Notes: generated from the letters alone by a model not told the origin. DNA of 64,000 nt from Ferruginibacter sp. (GCA_043736415.1 JAYTCO010000280.1:557-64556), one strand, 5' to 3'; shown: positions 1 through 10,729, numbered from the stretch's first letter. Numbers and translations: made by a program.

Positions 1-2
1 TA

Positions 3-1400
3 AGAATTAAAGGTAAAATTCTTACAGGCAATCAGGTATTCACAACCTTAACAGCTACAAGTCCTACAAATGGCTTCGAATCTGTTGGAAATCCTTATGC
101 TTCAAAAATCAATTACAAAACAGCGATAAAAGCTGATTTGGAACCAAGTTTTACCGTATGGAATCCAACAGCAGGATACTATGGAGTTGGGAGATTTATA
201 CAATATGTGAGTATTACGGGAGTTAACGGAGACTATTCCAACGAAGGCACTGTAATGAACGCAATTGAAAGCGGTCAGGCTTTTTTTATTCAGGCAACAA
301 AAACAAAAAGTGGTACGCTTACAGTTCAGGAATCTGATAAATTAGACGGCAGCTATTTGGTGAGCCGCAATGGAAATACGGGTAGAGGTGGCGTAGTGGT
401 GCCGTCTTTAGAAGTAAATTTGCTAAATTTAGATAACGCAGCAAATCCTACACTCTTAGATCATGTGGCAGTGAAATTTGATGATAACTTCAGCACTGAC
501 ACTGACCAAAATGATGTGAGAAAATTTATGAATGCAGATGATAATCTTGCAATAAAAAATGGTACAAGAAATTTAATATTGAACAGCAGAAAAAGTCTTA
601 CCGCTGCAGATACAATATTTTTATCTCTTTCAAATACAAGAATCGCACTTTATCGTTTTAAAATAGATCCTTCTGTTTTAGGTAATCTTTCTTTGAAAGC
701 TTTTTTAAAAGATAAATTTTTACAAACCGAGATCCCTGTAAGTTTAACAGATGTAACAAATGTAAATTTTAATATCACAGTTGATGCAGCAAGCCGAGCT
801 ACCGATAGGTTCATGATTATATTTAAGAATGTTGCACCTGCAGTATTCATAGCTATTAAAGCAGTAAGAAACAATGACAACAGTGTAGCAGTTACCTGGA
901 ATATGCGTAACGAAAACAACATCAATACCTACAGCATTGAAATAAGTACGGATGGCGGTACAAACTACACAATCATAAATAGCCAAATGCCCACAGCTAA
1001 TAACTTTGGTTCGCCATATTATACAGTTACAGATCTTTCTGCACCCAAAGAAATGGTATGGTATAGAATAAAAGCCAATAACATCTCTAACGGTTCATTC
1101 TACAGCGATAAAGCTGATGCAAAAGCCGTTGATGTGAACACCAAACACGGCATCAGCATGTATCCAAACTTGGTGGTAGATGGAAAAGTAAATCTGTATT
1201 TCAATAACCAGCCTGTAGGCAAATACAACATCAGCATTGTAAACAGCAAAGGAGATCAGGTTGAGTTTTCAACTGTTGAAATAAACAACAATGCAGGATT
1301 GAAAAACATTTCAATGAAAAAAGCTGCAGCAGGAATGTACAGAGCCATTATAAACGATGAGAAAGGGATAAGTGTGGTAATTCCTTTTGTAAAATTGTAA
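3..1400 (+). CDS. Secreted protein with T9SS (Por) C-terminal sorting domain; 5' end lies outside the window
   Basis: The frame is open from nt 3, so the listed start at 138 is only the first start-like codon. The last ~80 aa (MYPNLVVDGKVNLYF...GMYRAIINDEKGISVVIPFVKL) fit the type-A T9SS CTD pattern. A hairpin terminator follows. Confidence 0.7.
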   Translation, partial: RIKGKILTGNQVFTTLTATSPTNGFESVGNPYASKINYKTAIKADLEPSFTVWNPTAGYYGVGRFIQYVSITGVNGDYSNEGTVMNAIESGQAFFIQATKTKSGTLTVQESDKLDGSYLVSRNGNTGRGGVVVPSLEVNLLNLDNAANPTLLDHVAVKFDDNFSTDTDQNDVRKFMNADDNLAIKNGTRNLILNSRKSLTAADTIFLSLSNTRIALYRFKIDPSVLGNLSLKAFLKDKFLQTEIPVSLTDVTNVNFNITVDAASRATDRFMIIFKNVAPAVFIAIKAVRNNDNSVAVTWNMRNENNINTYSIEISTDGGTNYTIINSQMPTANNFGSPYYTVTDLSAPKEMVWYRIKANNISNGSFYSDKADAKAVDVNTKHGISMYPNLVVDGKVNLYFNNQPVGKYNISIVNSKGDQVEFSTVEINNNAGLKNISMKKAAAGMYRAIINDEKGISVVIPFVKL

Positions 1401-1425
1401 TGCTTCAAATATATTTTACCAAGAA

Positions 1426-1460
1426 AACAGGTGCAATCCTTTTAAAGTATTGCACCTGTT
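1426..1460. terminator. Hairpin between convergent genes (aacaggtgcaat / attgcacctgtt, 12-bp arms)
   Basis: Perfect 12-bp inverted repeat read directly, followed by a T-rich run. It sits between the 3' ends of 3..1400(+) and 1511..1909(-). Confidence 0.6.
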
Positions 1461-1510
1461 TTATTTTCTAGTTCCACTCTTTCTCTATGTTCAAACTTTT
1501 GTAAACCTTT

Positions 1511-1909
1511 TTATTTTGTTACTGCCGGTATTTGTTCTTCCAGCATTTTATTATTAAACTTGTCATAATAAGTACAACTCATTTTAGCCATGTTAACTGT
1601 CCATTTTAGCACACCCGTTTCGGCTGAATGATTACAAAACGATGGGTAATCTGTTTGACCTCGTTGATGGTTTTTTAAATAATGCTTAAATCTTTCTTTA
1701 TCGCTAATATTGGCAATATTTAAAACTTTATATGCAGGCTTACTTTTGAGTTGATAATCGTTATCTCCAAAATAAAAAGCATGCCCATCCCTTACAAAAA
1801 AGTCGTATTTTTTTATCCCTAATTTAATAAGGTCCTGCACATAATTTTGAAAATCGGCACCACTCTTAACCATAGAATTTGCATCTTTAATATCTTTCAA
1901 TGTAAACAT
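1511..1909 (-). CDS. DUF1398 family protein (YbcV-like)
   Basis: 132 aa. The motifs VKSGADF..Y...L...G, DGH..Y.G and GQTDYPSFC match my recollection of DUF1398 proteins. Confidence 0.55.
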   Translation of the reverse strand: MFTLKDIKDANSMVKSGADFQNYVQDLIKLGIKKYDFFVRDGHAFYFGDNDYQLKSKPAYKVLNIANISDKERFKHYLKNHQRGQTDYPSFCNHSAETGVLKWTVNMAKMSCTYYDKFNNKMLEEQIPAVTK

Positions 1910-2004
1910 CTTTCAATTTTTATTATCAACAATATGAATGAATCAATTCTTAGTACATTATAATTTTATAAATCTAAATTATGATTTTACAGATTGTTTA
2001 GACA

Positions 2005-3207
2005 TTACAAAACCTGCACAATTAAAAACTTTAAATAGTGTGTGTTTTCCTGTCCGCTTATTATGGGATGATCGGCTGACTGTGCATTAAATACAACCTG
2101 GCGTACTCTTCTTTTAGCATCTTTTGCTGCCATGAGAATGATATCGTAAAACAAAACAGGCTGCACCAGGTTTGTACAACTCGACGTTACTAAAAAACCA
2201 CCCGGTTTTACAAGTTTAATACCACGCAAATTAATTTCTTTGTAACCTGCAACAGCTTTTTCAATACTACTTCGGCTTTTTGCAAACGAGGGTGGGTCAA
2301 GCATTACAACATCCCACCGCTTTTCTTCTTTCGATAATGTTTTGAGTATGTCAAATGCATTTACGCATTGGAAAGTACATATACTTTCTAATGCGTTTAG
2401 TGCTGCATTTTTATTGCACATATCAATGGCACTCTGCGAAATATCCAACCCTAAAACAGACTTTGCCCCAAAATGTGCGGCGCTGATTTCAAAAGAACCT
2501 GTATAGCAAAATGCACCAAGTACATCTGCATCTTTTACAATATGCCGAATGGCAAAACGGTTGTCCTGCTGATCTAAAAAGTATCCGGTTTTTTGGCCGT
2601 TGGCAATATCTATATGCATTTTTATACCGGGTGTTTTATCGTCAAAAGATTTTTCGTTGATAATGATATCGGTATCAAATTCTGCAGAAAGAAAACCTTT
2701 GTGTTGTTCCATTCCTTCGAGCTCTCTTACCGGCACATCGTTACGTTCGTAAATACCTTTTGGCGTAAAAATTTCATTCAATGCTTTTACAATAGATGGC
2801 TTCCACACATCAATACCCAATGCAAGCGTTTGTATTACAAAATAATCGTTGAACTTATCAATAATTAATTGTGGAATATCATCCGCCTCACCAAAAATAA
2901 GTCTGCAGTTTTCACTATAACCAATCTTTTGGCGGTATGCCCATGCATCTTTTATTTTTTTATAAAAAAAAGCATCGTTAATCGTTTCGTTTTTATCACG
3001 GGTTAATAAGCGTACCGATATCTGCGATTGCGGATTGTAATATCCCCTGCCAATAAATATTTTATCAAAACTGTATACATCTACAATTTCACCCGGTGCT
3101 GCAGCTGTATCTTTCTCTTTGCCTGAATTTATTTCATTTCCAAATATCCATGGGTGACCACTTTCAACCCTGCGACTGATATTTTTATTGAGCACAATAC
3201 TTTTCAT
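2005..3207 (-). CDS. rlmI: Class I SAM-dependent rRNA (m5C) methyltransferase, RlmI/YwbD family
   Basis: 400 aa. It has an N-terminal PUA-like region (GHPWIF.NEI) and a C-terminal Rossmann methyltransferase (VLGAFCYTGSF, VMLDPPSFAKS). Confidence 0.65.
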   Translation of the reverse strand: MKSIVLNKNISRRVESGHPWIFGNEINSGKEKDTAAAPGEIVDVYSFDKIFIGRGYYNPQSQISVRLLTRDKNETINDAFFYKKIKDAWAYRQKIGYSENCRLIFGEADDIPQLIIDKFNDYFVIQTLALGIDVWKPSIVKALNEIFTPKGIYERNDVPVRELEGMEQHKGFLSAEFDTDIIINEKSFDDKTPGIKMHIDIANGQKTGYFLDQQDNRFAIRHIVKDADVLGAFCYTGSFEISAAHFGAKSVLGLDISQSAIDMCNKNAALNALESICTFQCVNAFDILKTLSKEEKRWDVVMLDPPSFAKSRSSIEKAVAGYKEINLRGIKLVKPGGFLVTSSCTNLVQPVLFYDIILMAAKDAKRRVRQVVFNAQSADHPIISGQENTHYLKFLIVQVL

Positions 3208-3361
3208 CCTGCAAAAATAACCTTTTAAAATAAAGTAAAGTTTTGCAGAATAGGCAGCCTGATAATTACTGATAATTTACAGATTTAAAACAATAAACTG
3301 TTTTGTGTAGCTTTAATGTAGAAGTTTAAAATTGATGCATTAATAAGACCCTAAAACATTT

Positions 3362-3823
3362 ATGGAAAAATTATTGAAGCTTGTAAAGCAACTGAAAATG
3401 AATGTTCCAAATTATGCTGAACAGCAAACAGCTATCTCTGCCGCTAATGTTGGCTGGCATATTGACCACTGCCTGCTGGTATTTGTACGGATAATTACGG
3501 CAATGGAAACATCAGACCCTGCACTTTACAAAAGCTCTTTTAATTTAAGAAAATTGCTCGTGTACACTTTAAATAAAATACCAAGAGGCAGAGCCAAAGC
3601 ACCAAAAATTGTACAGCCAACGGGAGATATTATACCCGATAAACTGATGGCTAATGTTGATGTGGCATTTAAAAAAATAAAAGCACTAAATAATCTGCAA
3701 AGACACCATTATTTTGATCATCCTTATTTTGGGAAACTAAATTTAAAAGAAACCAATAAGTTTCTTGCAATACATACCAACCACCATCTAAAAATTATCA
3801 ATGATATAATGAAGGCAGGATGA
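3362..3823 (+). CDS. DinB-superfamily protein (DUF1569-like)
   Basis: 153 aa, helical, with His-containing motifs (WHIDHCL, HTNHHLKII) typical of DinB/DUF1569 four-helix proteins. Confidence 0.5.
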   Translation: MEKLLKLVKQLKMNVPNYAEQQTAISAANVGWHIDHCLLVFVRIITAMETSDPALYKSSFNLRKLLVYTLNKIPRGRAKAPKIVQPTGDIIPDKLMANVDVAFKKIKALNNLQRHHYFDHPYFGKLNLKETNKFLAIHTNHHLKIINDIMKAG

Positions 3824-3878
3824 GCATTGTTATCTAACAAACTTCTTTATAAAATATCTGATTAGGTCTATCTGCCTG

Positions 3879-3906
3879 TTGTAAAATTTTCAATAAAATT
3901 TTACAA
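3879..3906. promoter_or_regulatory. Perfect 28-bp palindrome TTGTAAAATTTT-caat-AAAATTTTACAA upstream of ackA-xfp
   Basis: Read directly: 12-bp arms, 4-nt spacer, about 130 bp upstream of the ackA ATG (4035). The function as an operator is inferred. Confidence 0.35.
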
Positions 3907-4034
3907 TTAAAGTATGGACAGCTTATTGCCATTATAGAACGTGCCACTTTGTGCAAAAGAATGTTCAGGTTAATATTTCCTTCATATACAAAACAAAGCC
4001 TTAACGGAAACTGACAGTGGATAATTACTTTTTT

Positions 4035-5237
4035 ATGAAAAAGGAAAGTTTAAATATTTTAACTGTTAACTGCGGCTCTTCCAGCATAAAATTTGCCATA
4101 TATGAAATTTACAGAAAGATCAACAAAATCTTATCAGGACACATAAAAAGAATTGGTTTGGATGATACTGCATTTATGATAACAAATTACATCACCGATG
4201 TAACAGAGGAAATAAAAACAGGAACAAAAAGTTTTAAAGAGGCGGCAGAATTTTTAATTACGCAGTTGAAAGAACAAAAATGTTTTAACAGCGTTGGTTG
4301 CATTGGGCATAGAATAGTTTATGGCATGGAACACACAGATCCGAAAATTATTGATGACCAATTGTTAACGGAATTAAATAAAATAAGAGAATATGATCCG
4401 GATCATCTTCCTGCAGAAATCGACATCATTAAATTATTTAAAAAACAATTTCCTACACTTTTACAGGTTGCCTGTTTTGATACTTCGTTCCATACAACCA
4501 TGCCGGCTGTTGCAAAAATTTTACCCATACCACGGCGCTTTGCCAAAGCCGGCATCAGGCGTTATGGCTTTCATGGCTTATCCTACACTTATTTAATGGA
4601 AAAGTTGAAACAAACAGAAGGTGCAGATAAAAGTAAGGGCAGAATTATTTTGGCTCATCTCGGAAATGGTGCAAGTTTAGCCGCTGTTAAAGAAGGGAAA
4701 AGTGTAGATACCAGCATGGGATTTACACCTGCCGGCGGGTTGGTAATGGGTACTAGAACGGGAGATTTAGACCCCGGAGTTGCCTGGTATATGTTACAAA
4801 ATGAAAAAATGACGGCAAAAAAATTCAATCATATAATAAATCACGAAAGTGGTTTATTAGCTGTTGCGGAAATAAGCGCTGATATGCAGGATTTGTTGAA
4901 AAAAGAAAGCTCAGATGTTCATGCGGCAGATGCAGTAACCTTATTCTGTTACCAGATTAAAAAATGGGTTGGCGCATATACAGCTGTGTTAAACGGACTT
5001 GATATACTGGTTTTTTCGGGAGGCATTGGTGAGAATGCTCCTGACATTCGCTCACGAATTTGTAAGGGATTTGATTATTTAAATATTGAAATAGATGAAA
5101 AAGAAAACAGTACTAACGCACTGCTTATTTCAACAAAAAAAAGTAAAGTAAAAGTATATGTAATACCTACAGACGAAGAAATAATAATAGCAAACAGTGC
5201 AAAAAAACTGTTTAAAAATGAATTAAAAAACACATAA
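4035..5237 (+). CDS. ackA: Acetate kinase
   Basis: ILTVNCGSSSIKFAIY N-terminus, RYGFHGLSY, and a GIGEN-type C-terminal motif. The start was moved to ATG 4035 (MKKESL) from the GTG at 4017. Confidence 0.9.
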   Translation: MKKESLNILTVNCGSSSIKFAIYEIYRKINKILSGHIKRIGLDDTAFMITNYITDVTEEIKTGTKSFKEAAEFLITQLKEQKCFNSVGCIGHRIVYGMEHTDPKIIDDQLLTELNKIREYDPDHLPAEIDIIKLFKKQFPTLLQVACFDTSFHTTMPAVAKILPIPRRFAKAGIRRYGFHGLSYTYLMEKLKQTEGADKSKGRIILAHLGNGASLAAVKEGKSVDTSMGFTPAGGLVMGTRTGDLDPGVAWYMLQNEKMTAKKFNHIINHESGLLAVAEISADMQDLLKKESSDVHAADAVTLFCYQIKKWVGAYTAVLNGLDILVFSGGIGENAPDIRSRICKGFDYLNIEIDEKENSTNALLISTKKSKVKVYVIPTDEEIIIANSAKKLFKNELKNT

Positions 5238-5260
5238 TTATCAACAAAGAAAATTAAATA

Positions 5261-7645
5261 ATGGAAGCACAAAATTTAAAAACAGTAAAAGAAAATGTAT
5301 CAGATGAGATGCTTCATAAAATAAACAGGTACTGGCAGGCTGCTAATTATCTTTCAGTGGGGCAAATTTATTTGTATGATAATGCCCTTTTAAAAGAGCC
5401 TTTAAAACCTCATCATATTAAGCCGATGTTATTAGGACATTGGGGTACAACACCGGGGCAGAATTTTATTTATGTTCACCTAAACAGAATTATAAAAAAG
5501 TATGATCTTAACATGATTTATATTTCTGGACCAGGCCACGGAGGTCCGGCAATTGTGGGTAATGTTTATTTAGAAGGCACTTACAGTGAAATATATCCCA
5601 ACATCAGTAAAGATGCAGAAGGTTTGAAAAAACTGTTTAAACAATTTTCTTTTCCCGGTGGAATACCCAGCCACGTTTCTCCGGAGTGTCCGGGTTCCAT
5701 CCATGAAGGTGGCGAGCTGGGCTATTCTCTTAGTCATGCATTTGGCGCTGCCTTTGATAATCCTGATTTAATTGTATCGTGTGTAATTGGTGATGGCGAG
5801 GCAGAAACAGGCCCTTTAGCCACTGCCTGGCACTCCAATAAATTTCTTAACCCCGTAACTGATGGTGTGGTGCTACCCATACTGCATTTGAATGGATATA
5901 AAATTGCTAACCCAACCATTTTTGCCCGCATTAGCCATGAAGAACTTGAACAGCTTTTTTTAGGATATGGATGGAAACCTTATTTCATAGAAGGTGATGA
6001 CCCGATGCAAATGCACGAAGAAATGGCGCATTTGCTAAATACAGTTGTAGAAGAAATAAAAACAATAAAACAAAATGCAGCACACAATAAAAATGCCCAG
6101 CGTCCACAATGGCCAATGATTATTTTAAAATCTCCTAAAGGATGGACGGGACCAAAATATGTAAATGGGTTAAAGATTGAAGGAAACTTTCGTGCACACC
6201 AGGTTCCTATAACAGACCCGCTTACTAACCCCGAACATTTGGCTCAGCTTGAAGAATGGTTAAGAAGTTATAAGCCTGAAGAGCTTTTTGATAACACGGG
6301 ACATTTACTTCCTGAACTTGCTGACCTTGCTCCAAAAGGAAATCGGCGAATGGGCGCCAACCCGCATGCCAATGGTGGGCTGTTACTACACGATCTTCAT
6401 ATGCCTGACTTTCGTAATTATGGGATTAATTTACCGGTGCGTGGAGAGACCGGGCCGGGTGATACGCTGGTGCTTGGAAAGTTTATTCGTGATATTATTA
6501 AAGAAAATTCTAGCCAAAATAATTTTAGAATTTTTGGTCCGGACGAAACACTTTCAAATAAATTGAATGCAGTTTTTGAAACTACAAGCAGGCAATGGGA
6601 AGCACCAATAATAAATGCTGATGAGTTCCTTGCTACAGAAGGGCGTGTAATGGAAATGCTGAGTGAGCACCAGTGCGAAGGCTGGCTGGAAGGTTATCTG
6701 TTAACGGGCAGACATGGCTTGTTTAACTGTTACGAAGCTTTTATTCATATTATCGATTCCATGTTTAACCAACATGCCAAATGGCTAAAGGTTACTTCTC
6801 ATCTTCCATGGCGAAAGAAAATTTCTTCCTTAAATATTTTGTTAGCATCACACGTTTGGCGGCAGGATCATAATGGGTTTACACATCAGGATCCCGGTTT
6901 TCTTGATCATGCAATAAACAAAAAAGCATCCGTGGTGCGTGTGTATTTACCTGCCGATGCCAACTGTCTTTTATCGGTAATGGATCACTGTTTCCGTAGC
7001 AGACATTATGTAAATATAATTGTCGCCGGTAAGCACCCCTCACCTCAATGGCTTTCTGTAGAAGAGGCAGTAACACACTGTACCAGAGGTATAGGAATAT
7101 GGACCTGGGCGAGCAGCGATAAAGATATGGAACCAGATGTAGTAATGTCCTGTGCAGGTGATGTGCCGACGCTGGAAACAATGGCTGCAGTAGCAATTCT
7201 TCGTGAAAAATTACCTGAACTGAAAGTACGTGTTGTCAATGTTGTTGACCTAATGAAATTACAACCGGAGACGGAGCATCCGCATGGATTAAGCGATGCT
7301 GATTTTGATACATTATTTACAAAAGGGAAGCCCGTAATTTTTGCTTTTCATGGCTATCCAACGCTAATACACAAGCTTACATACCGGCGAACAAATCACA
7401 GCAACATACACGTACGGGGTTACAAAGAAGAAGGTACTATTACCACTGCTTTTGATATGACTGTTTTAAATGACATGGACCGGTTTCATTTGGTAATTGA
7501 TACGCTCGACAGGCTGCCGCAAATAAAGGAAAGAACTGCTTACCTTAAACAGGAAATGCAGGATAAACTTGTTGAGCACAAATATTATATTCGCAAACAC
7601 GGTCTGGATATGCCGGAGATAAAAAACTGGAAATGGAAAGAATAG
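5261..7645 (+). CDS. xfp: Xylulose-5-phosphate/fructose-6-phosphate phosphoketolase
   Basis: 794 aa. The N-terminal [23 protein letters not shown] and [22 protein letters not shown] are hallmark phosphoketolase motifs. It starts 24 nt after ackA. Confidence 0.9.
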   Translation: MEAQNLKTVKENVSDEMLHKINRYWQAANYLSVGQIYLYDNALLKEPLKPHHIKPMLLGHWGTTPGQNFIYVHLNRIIKKYDLNMIYISGPGHGGPAIVGNVYLEGTYSEIYPNISKDAEGLKKLFKQFSFPGGIPSHVSPECPGSIHEGGELGYSLSHAFGAAFDNPDLIVSCVIGDGEAETGPLATAWHSNKFLNPVTDGVVLPILHLNGYKIANPTIFARISHEELEQLFLGYGWKPYFIEGDDPMQMHEEMAHLLNTVVEEIKTIKQNAAHNKNAQRPQWPMIILKSPKGWTGPKYVNGLKIEGNFRAHQVPITDPLTNPEHLAQLEEWLRSYKPEELFDNTGHLLPELADLAPKGNRRMGANPHANGGLLLHDLHMPDFRNYGINLPVRGETGPGDTLVLGKFIRDIIKENSSQNNFRIFGPDETLSNKLNAVFETTSRQWEAPIINADEFLATEGRVMEMLSEHQCEGWLEGYLLTGRHGLFNCYEAFIHIIDSMFNQHAKWLKVTSHLPWRKKISSLNILLASHVWRQDHNGFTHQDPGFLDHAINKKASVVRVYLPADANCLLSVMDHCFRSRHYVNIIVAGKHPSPQWLSVEEAVTHCTRGIGIWTWASSDKDMEPDVVMSCAGDVPTLETMAAVAILREKLPELKVRVVNVVDLMKLQPETEHPHGLSDADFDTLFTKGKPVIFAFHGYPTLIHKLTYRRTNHSNIHVRGYKEEGTITTAFDMTVLNDMDRFHLVIDTLDRLPQIKERTAYLKQEMQDKLVEHKYYIRKHGLDMPEIKNWKWKE

Positions 7646-7896
7646 AGAAAAAACAAATAATACTTATTACCAGTAATGAATTACTCTTTTAAAAAAAAGC
7701 ATGAGTATAAAAAAATAAAGATAATAGTGCAGTGGGTATTCTTAAAATGTAAAAACTAATCTACCCGCTAAAAAATATATAATAGTGAAGTCTTGTTCTA
7801 ACAGAGGTATTAAATTATTTACAGTAAGCACGATAGTTGTAGCAAATAATACAGGGATTTTTTAATAATAATAATTTATAAAATTTAAAACAAAAC

Positions 7897-8139
7897 ATGA
7901 AAAAAGTAATTATGGCAATAGCTATCATATTAGCTGCCACAACAGTAACATTTGCCCAAATGAAAACGGATACTACCCGTATGAACATGAAAATGGCGCA
8001 TAAAAAATACAGCTGTCCAATGCACCCCGAAGTAATGAGAAGCAAACCAGGTAAATGCCCTAAATGTGGAATGAAGCTGGTAGCAATGAAAATGAAGGGA
8101 AAGAAAATGGCTAAACCAACGGGTGAAATGAAAATGTAA
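7897..8139 (+). CDS. Small secreted Met-rich heavy-metal-binding-domain protein
   Basis: Signal peptide, then YSCPMHPEV....GKCPKCGMKL (the heavy-metal-binding zinc-ribbon-like domain seen at the N-termini of Bacteroidota Cu/Ag efflux proteins), then Met-rich tails (MNMKMAH, MKMKGKKM, GEMKM). Confidence 0.6.
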   Translation: MKKVIMAIAIILAATTVTFAQMKTDTTRMNMKMAHKKYSCPMHPEVMRSKPGKCPKCGMKLVAMKMKGKKMAKPTGEMKM

Positions 8140-8151
8140 TAAAAAAAATAG

Positions 8152-8187
8152 ACAAAACCGGCATCTAAAAAAAGATACCGGTTTTGT
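8152..8187 (+). terminator. Rho-independent terminator after the metal-binding protein gene
   Basis: acaaaaccgg...ccggttttgt arms with an inner atct/agat extension, followed by a T-rich tract. Confidence 0.6.
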
Positions 8188-8297
8188 TATCTTAAAAAAA
8201 TAATTGGGCACAAATAATTGAAGAAGCTTAAGTTTTATTGCCGGCTTCTCTCAACTAAACCTTCTGATAAAACAACCGCAAAATTTGTATTACCAAT

Positions 8298-8906
8298 ATG
8301 GAATTATTTTCAACCGCAAATAATCCGATAATAAATATTTTACCCAAAGATGGAATTGTAAATTATTACGGAAAAATTTTTAATGCAACTGAAGCTGATC
8401 ATTACACAGATAAATTATTAACTACCATTGACTGGAAAAATGACGAATCATTTATATACGGAAAACTGATTATTACCAAAAGAAAAGTGGGATGGTACGG
8501 CGATAAAGCTTTTGATTACACATATTCAAAAACAACAAAAAAAGCATTGCCGTGGACAAAAGAACTACTGGAAATAAAAAGAATAACCGAAGAAAAAACG
8601 GGTGAACAGTACAACTCCTGCCTGCTTAATTTATACCACAATGGCGATGAAGGAATGGGCTGGCACAGCGATGCAGAAAAAGAACTGAAAAAAGATGGCG
8701 CTATCGCATCTCTAAGTTTTGGCGCAGAACGAAAATTTCTTTTCAGACATAAAGGAGATAAAGAAACTGTCTCAGTATTTCTACAAAATGGAAGTTTGTT
8801 GTTGATGCACGGCTCTACACAAACCCAGTGGTTGCACAGAATGCCACCTACAAAAAAAGTAACTACACCCCGAATAAACTTAACATTTAGAACGATAAGT
8901 ATTTAA
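8298..8906 (+). CDS. alkB: 2OG/Fe(II)-dependent dioxygenase, AlkB family
   Basis: 202 aa. Contains WHSDAE (HxD), NLTFR and LLNLY..G..GMGWH, typical of AlkB. Confidence 0.75.
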   Translation: MELFSTANNPIINILPKDGIVNYYGKIFNATEADHYTDKLLTTIDWKNDESFIYGKLIITKRKVGWYGDKAFDYTYSKTTKKALPWTKELLEIKRITEEKTGEQYNSCLLNLYHNGDEGMGWHSDAEKELKKDGAIASLSFGAERKFLFRHKGDKETVSVFLQNGSLLLMHGSTQTQWLHRMPPTKKVTTPRINLTFRTISI

Positions 8907-10081
8907 CCCAAAGCTGTTTTAAAATCTTCTATCAAATCTTCCACATTTTCTATACCGATAGAAATGCGCAGCAAATTTTCGGGACTAACAGGATGTTTGC
9001 CTTCAGCACTTCTGCGGTGTTCTACTAAACTTTCTACACCGCCAAGGCTGGTTGCATGTTTAAAAATGGAAAGTTTTCCTGCAACATCTAATGTTTGTTG
9101 CAAACCCCCTTTTACCAGAATAGAAATGATGCTGCCAAAGCCATTTGTCATTTGCTGTTTTGCAACAGCATGATTTGGATGCGTTTTCAAACCGGGATAA
9201 AAAACTTTTTCAATATTGTTATGCTGTTCTAAAAAAGCGGCAATAGTAACAGCGTTTTTGCATTGTGCTGCAAGGCGCATGGGGTAAGTAGCCAAACTTC
9301 TGTTGAGTAACCAGCAATCAAAGGGAGAAGGAACCGCACCTGCAGTAGCCTGATATTCTCTTATGTTATTTGCCGTTTCATTTGTGTGGTTGGTGCACAC
9401 AACACCACCTAAAATATCTGAGTGACCGCTAAAGAATTTTGTAGAAGAATGCATTACGTAATCGACTCCCATTTTCAAAGGCTTTTGCAAAATAGGAGTA
9501 GCAAAAGTATTATCGCAGGCAGTTGTAATATTATGTTTTGCCGCAAGTGCAACAACTGCTTTAATGTCTGCAATTTTTAGTTGTGGATTGGATGGGGTTT
9601 CCATCCAGATCAGTTTTGTGTTTGGTTTTATAAGTTTTTCAATGTTTTCAATTACCGTCATATCTGTTGAATCGAAACTTACGTGCCAGCGTTTAAAAAA
9701 CTTATGCATTAAAAGACGGGTACCGTGGTAACAATCATCCGGAAGTATAATGTGGCTTCCGGGCTCAAGTATGTTTTCAAACAAAGCATTTACAGCCGCC
9801 AGGCCAGATGAGAATGCAATAGCAGTTACAGCTTCTTCCAATGCAGCAATTTTATTTTCAACCGTAAGCCTGTTGGGGTTGCTGATGCGGGTGTATACAT
9901 GATCATTAAGCGAACCATCTGCCTTTCTCTCAAAGGTGGTTGAAAGGTGAATGGGCTGTATAATATCACTGCTGTAAGATGAGTTTTGATGTGCACCATG
10001 CACTGCAATGGTTTCTATTTGCTGTTTTCTATTTGCCATAATTGTTGCTTTAAAGCCGGTAAGCCTGCGCAAATGTACCAT
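8903..10081 (-). CDS. PLP-dependent trans-sulfuration enzyme (cystathionine gamma-synthase/beta-lyase family)
   Basis: The SSTKFFSGHSD motif carries the PLP lysine, and family-typical N- and C-terminal blocks are present. The alternative start MANRKQ at 10039 is more likely. The 3' end overlaps alkB by 4 nt (convergent). Confidence 0.8.
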   Translation of the reverse strand: MVHLRRLTGFKATIMANRKQQIETIAVHGAHQNSSYSSDIIQPIHLSTTFERKADGSLNDHVYTRISNPNRLTVENKIAALEEAVTAIAFSSGLAAVNALFENILEPGSHIILPDDCYHGTRLLMHKFFKRWHVSFDSTDMTVIENIEKLIKPNTKLIWMETPSNPQLKIADIKAVVALAAKHNITTACDNTFATPILQKPLKMGVDYVMHSSTKFFSGHSDILGGVVCTNHTNETANNIREYQATAGAVPSPFDCWLLNRSLATYPMRLAAQCKNAVTIAAFLEQHNNIEKVFYPGLKTHPNHAVAKQQMTNGFGSIISILVKGGLQQTLDVAGKLSIFKHATSLGGVESLVEHRRSAEGKHPVSPENLLRISIGIENVEDLIEDFKTALG

Positions 10082-10229
10082 ATGGTTTCTAAAAATAAAA
10101 ACAGGTAACGGTATGTTGAATTAATATTTAGGCAGATAAAAATATCAGGTGATACAAATAAGCTAAGTCACTGATTGTCGTCATGTCCTAAAATTAAAAT
10201 CAGTAATAATTTTACACAAAACAAAAGAT

Positions 10230-10679
10230 ATGTTAGGAGAACTAAATAATGATCAAATAAATAACCTGCTAAGTAGCCAGGTTGTAGGACGGCTTGCATG
10301 TACAGATGGCGAAAAACCTTACATCGTCCCGGTAACTTATACTTATGATGGTAAATATATTTACGGGCAGACGAACATGGGCAAGAAATTAAAAATGCTT
10401 AGAAAAAACTCAAATGTTTGTTTTGAAGTGGACCAGATGACTGACATGAGAAACTGGCAAAGTATTATTGTACAAGGCGAGTTTGAGGAACTTAAAAATG
10501 AAGAAAAAGAAAAAGCAAGAGGAATACTTTTTGGAAATATTTTTTCCTTGGAAACAAGCAGTACCGTACATGCACATGAACATGAAGTAACGACTACCGT
10601 GGAAGATAGTGAAAGGGTAAAGTTTGTTATGTACAGGATTAAGATCAAAAAAATAACAGGCCGGTTTGAAAAACTTTAG
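10230..10679 (+). CDS. Pyridoxamine 5'-phosphate oxidase-like FMN-binding protein (Pyridox_ox_2/NimA-like)
   Basis: 149 aa. GRLAC..DG.PYIVPV.Y..DG..IYG.T..G.K...L..N..VCFEV is typical of the split-barrel flavin-binding family. Confidence 0.6.
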   Translation: MLGELNNDQINNLLSSQVVGRLACTDGEKPYIVPVTYTYDGKYIYGQTNMGKKLKMLRKNSNVCFEVDQMTDMRNWQSIIVQGEFEELKNEEKEKARGILFGNIFSLETSSTVHAHEHEVTTTVEDSERVKFVMYRIKIKKITGRFEKL

Positions 10680-10717
10680 GTAGATTTTTTATTGCCAAAT
10701 TTCTATATTATCCTACT

Positions 10718-10729
10718 GATATGAATCAT
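10718..10729. promoter_or_regulatory. FNR/FixK-like box TGATatgaATCA upstream of ccoN
   Basis: Perfect TGAT-N4-ATCA read directly. Its centre lies about 146 bp upstream of the ccoN ATG. Binding is inferred. Confidence 0.45.

Noticed and set aside
650-986. Short ORFs lying antisense to, or out of frame inside, larger genes. Examples: 650..925, 744..986, 2593..2868, 4393..4596, 5734..5931, 6879..7239, 7815..8211, the 20184..21695 series, 24287..26380, 27036..27272, 38019..38748, 39930..40509, 42399..43002, 44575..44889, 55771..56004, 57780..58127, 59004..59300, 60457..60771, 62795..62977.
   Set aside because: Each is fully embedded in a longer ORF that has clear family motifs. Their sequences are low-complexity or hydrophobic artefacts of AT-rich antisense reading, and none has a recognisable domain or its own intergenic context.
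10040-10140. Possible SAM-II-like leader upstream of the trans-sulfuration gene (minus strand ...GCGCAGGCUUACCGGCUUUAAAGCAACAAUU-AUG).
   Set aside because: Only a GCUU...AAAGC resemblance exists. I cannot draw the pseudoknot or the conserved U-rich triple-helix strand. If the 10081 start is real, the region is coding. It would need an Rfam scan.
10172-10183. One-mismatch FNR-like site TGATtgtcGTCA upstream of the PNPOx-like gene, and TGATacaaATAA at about 10150.
   Set aside because: These are imperfect and at a different distance (about 52 bp) from the start codon. They were not counted among the boxes, though a PWM search might recover them.
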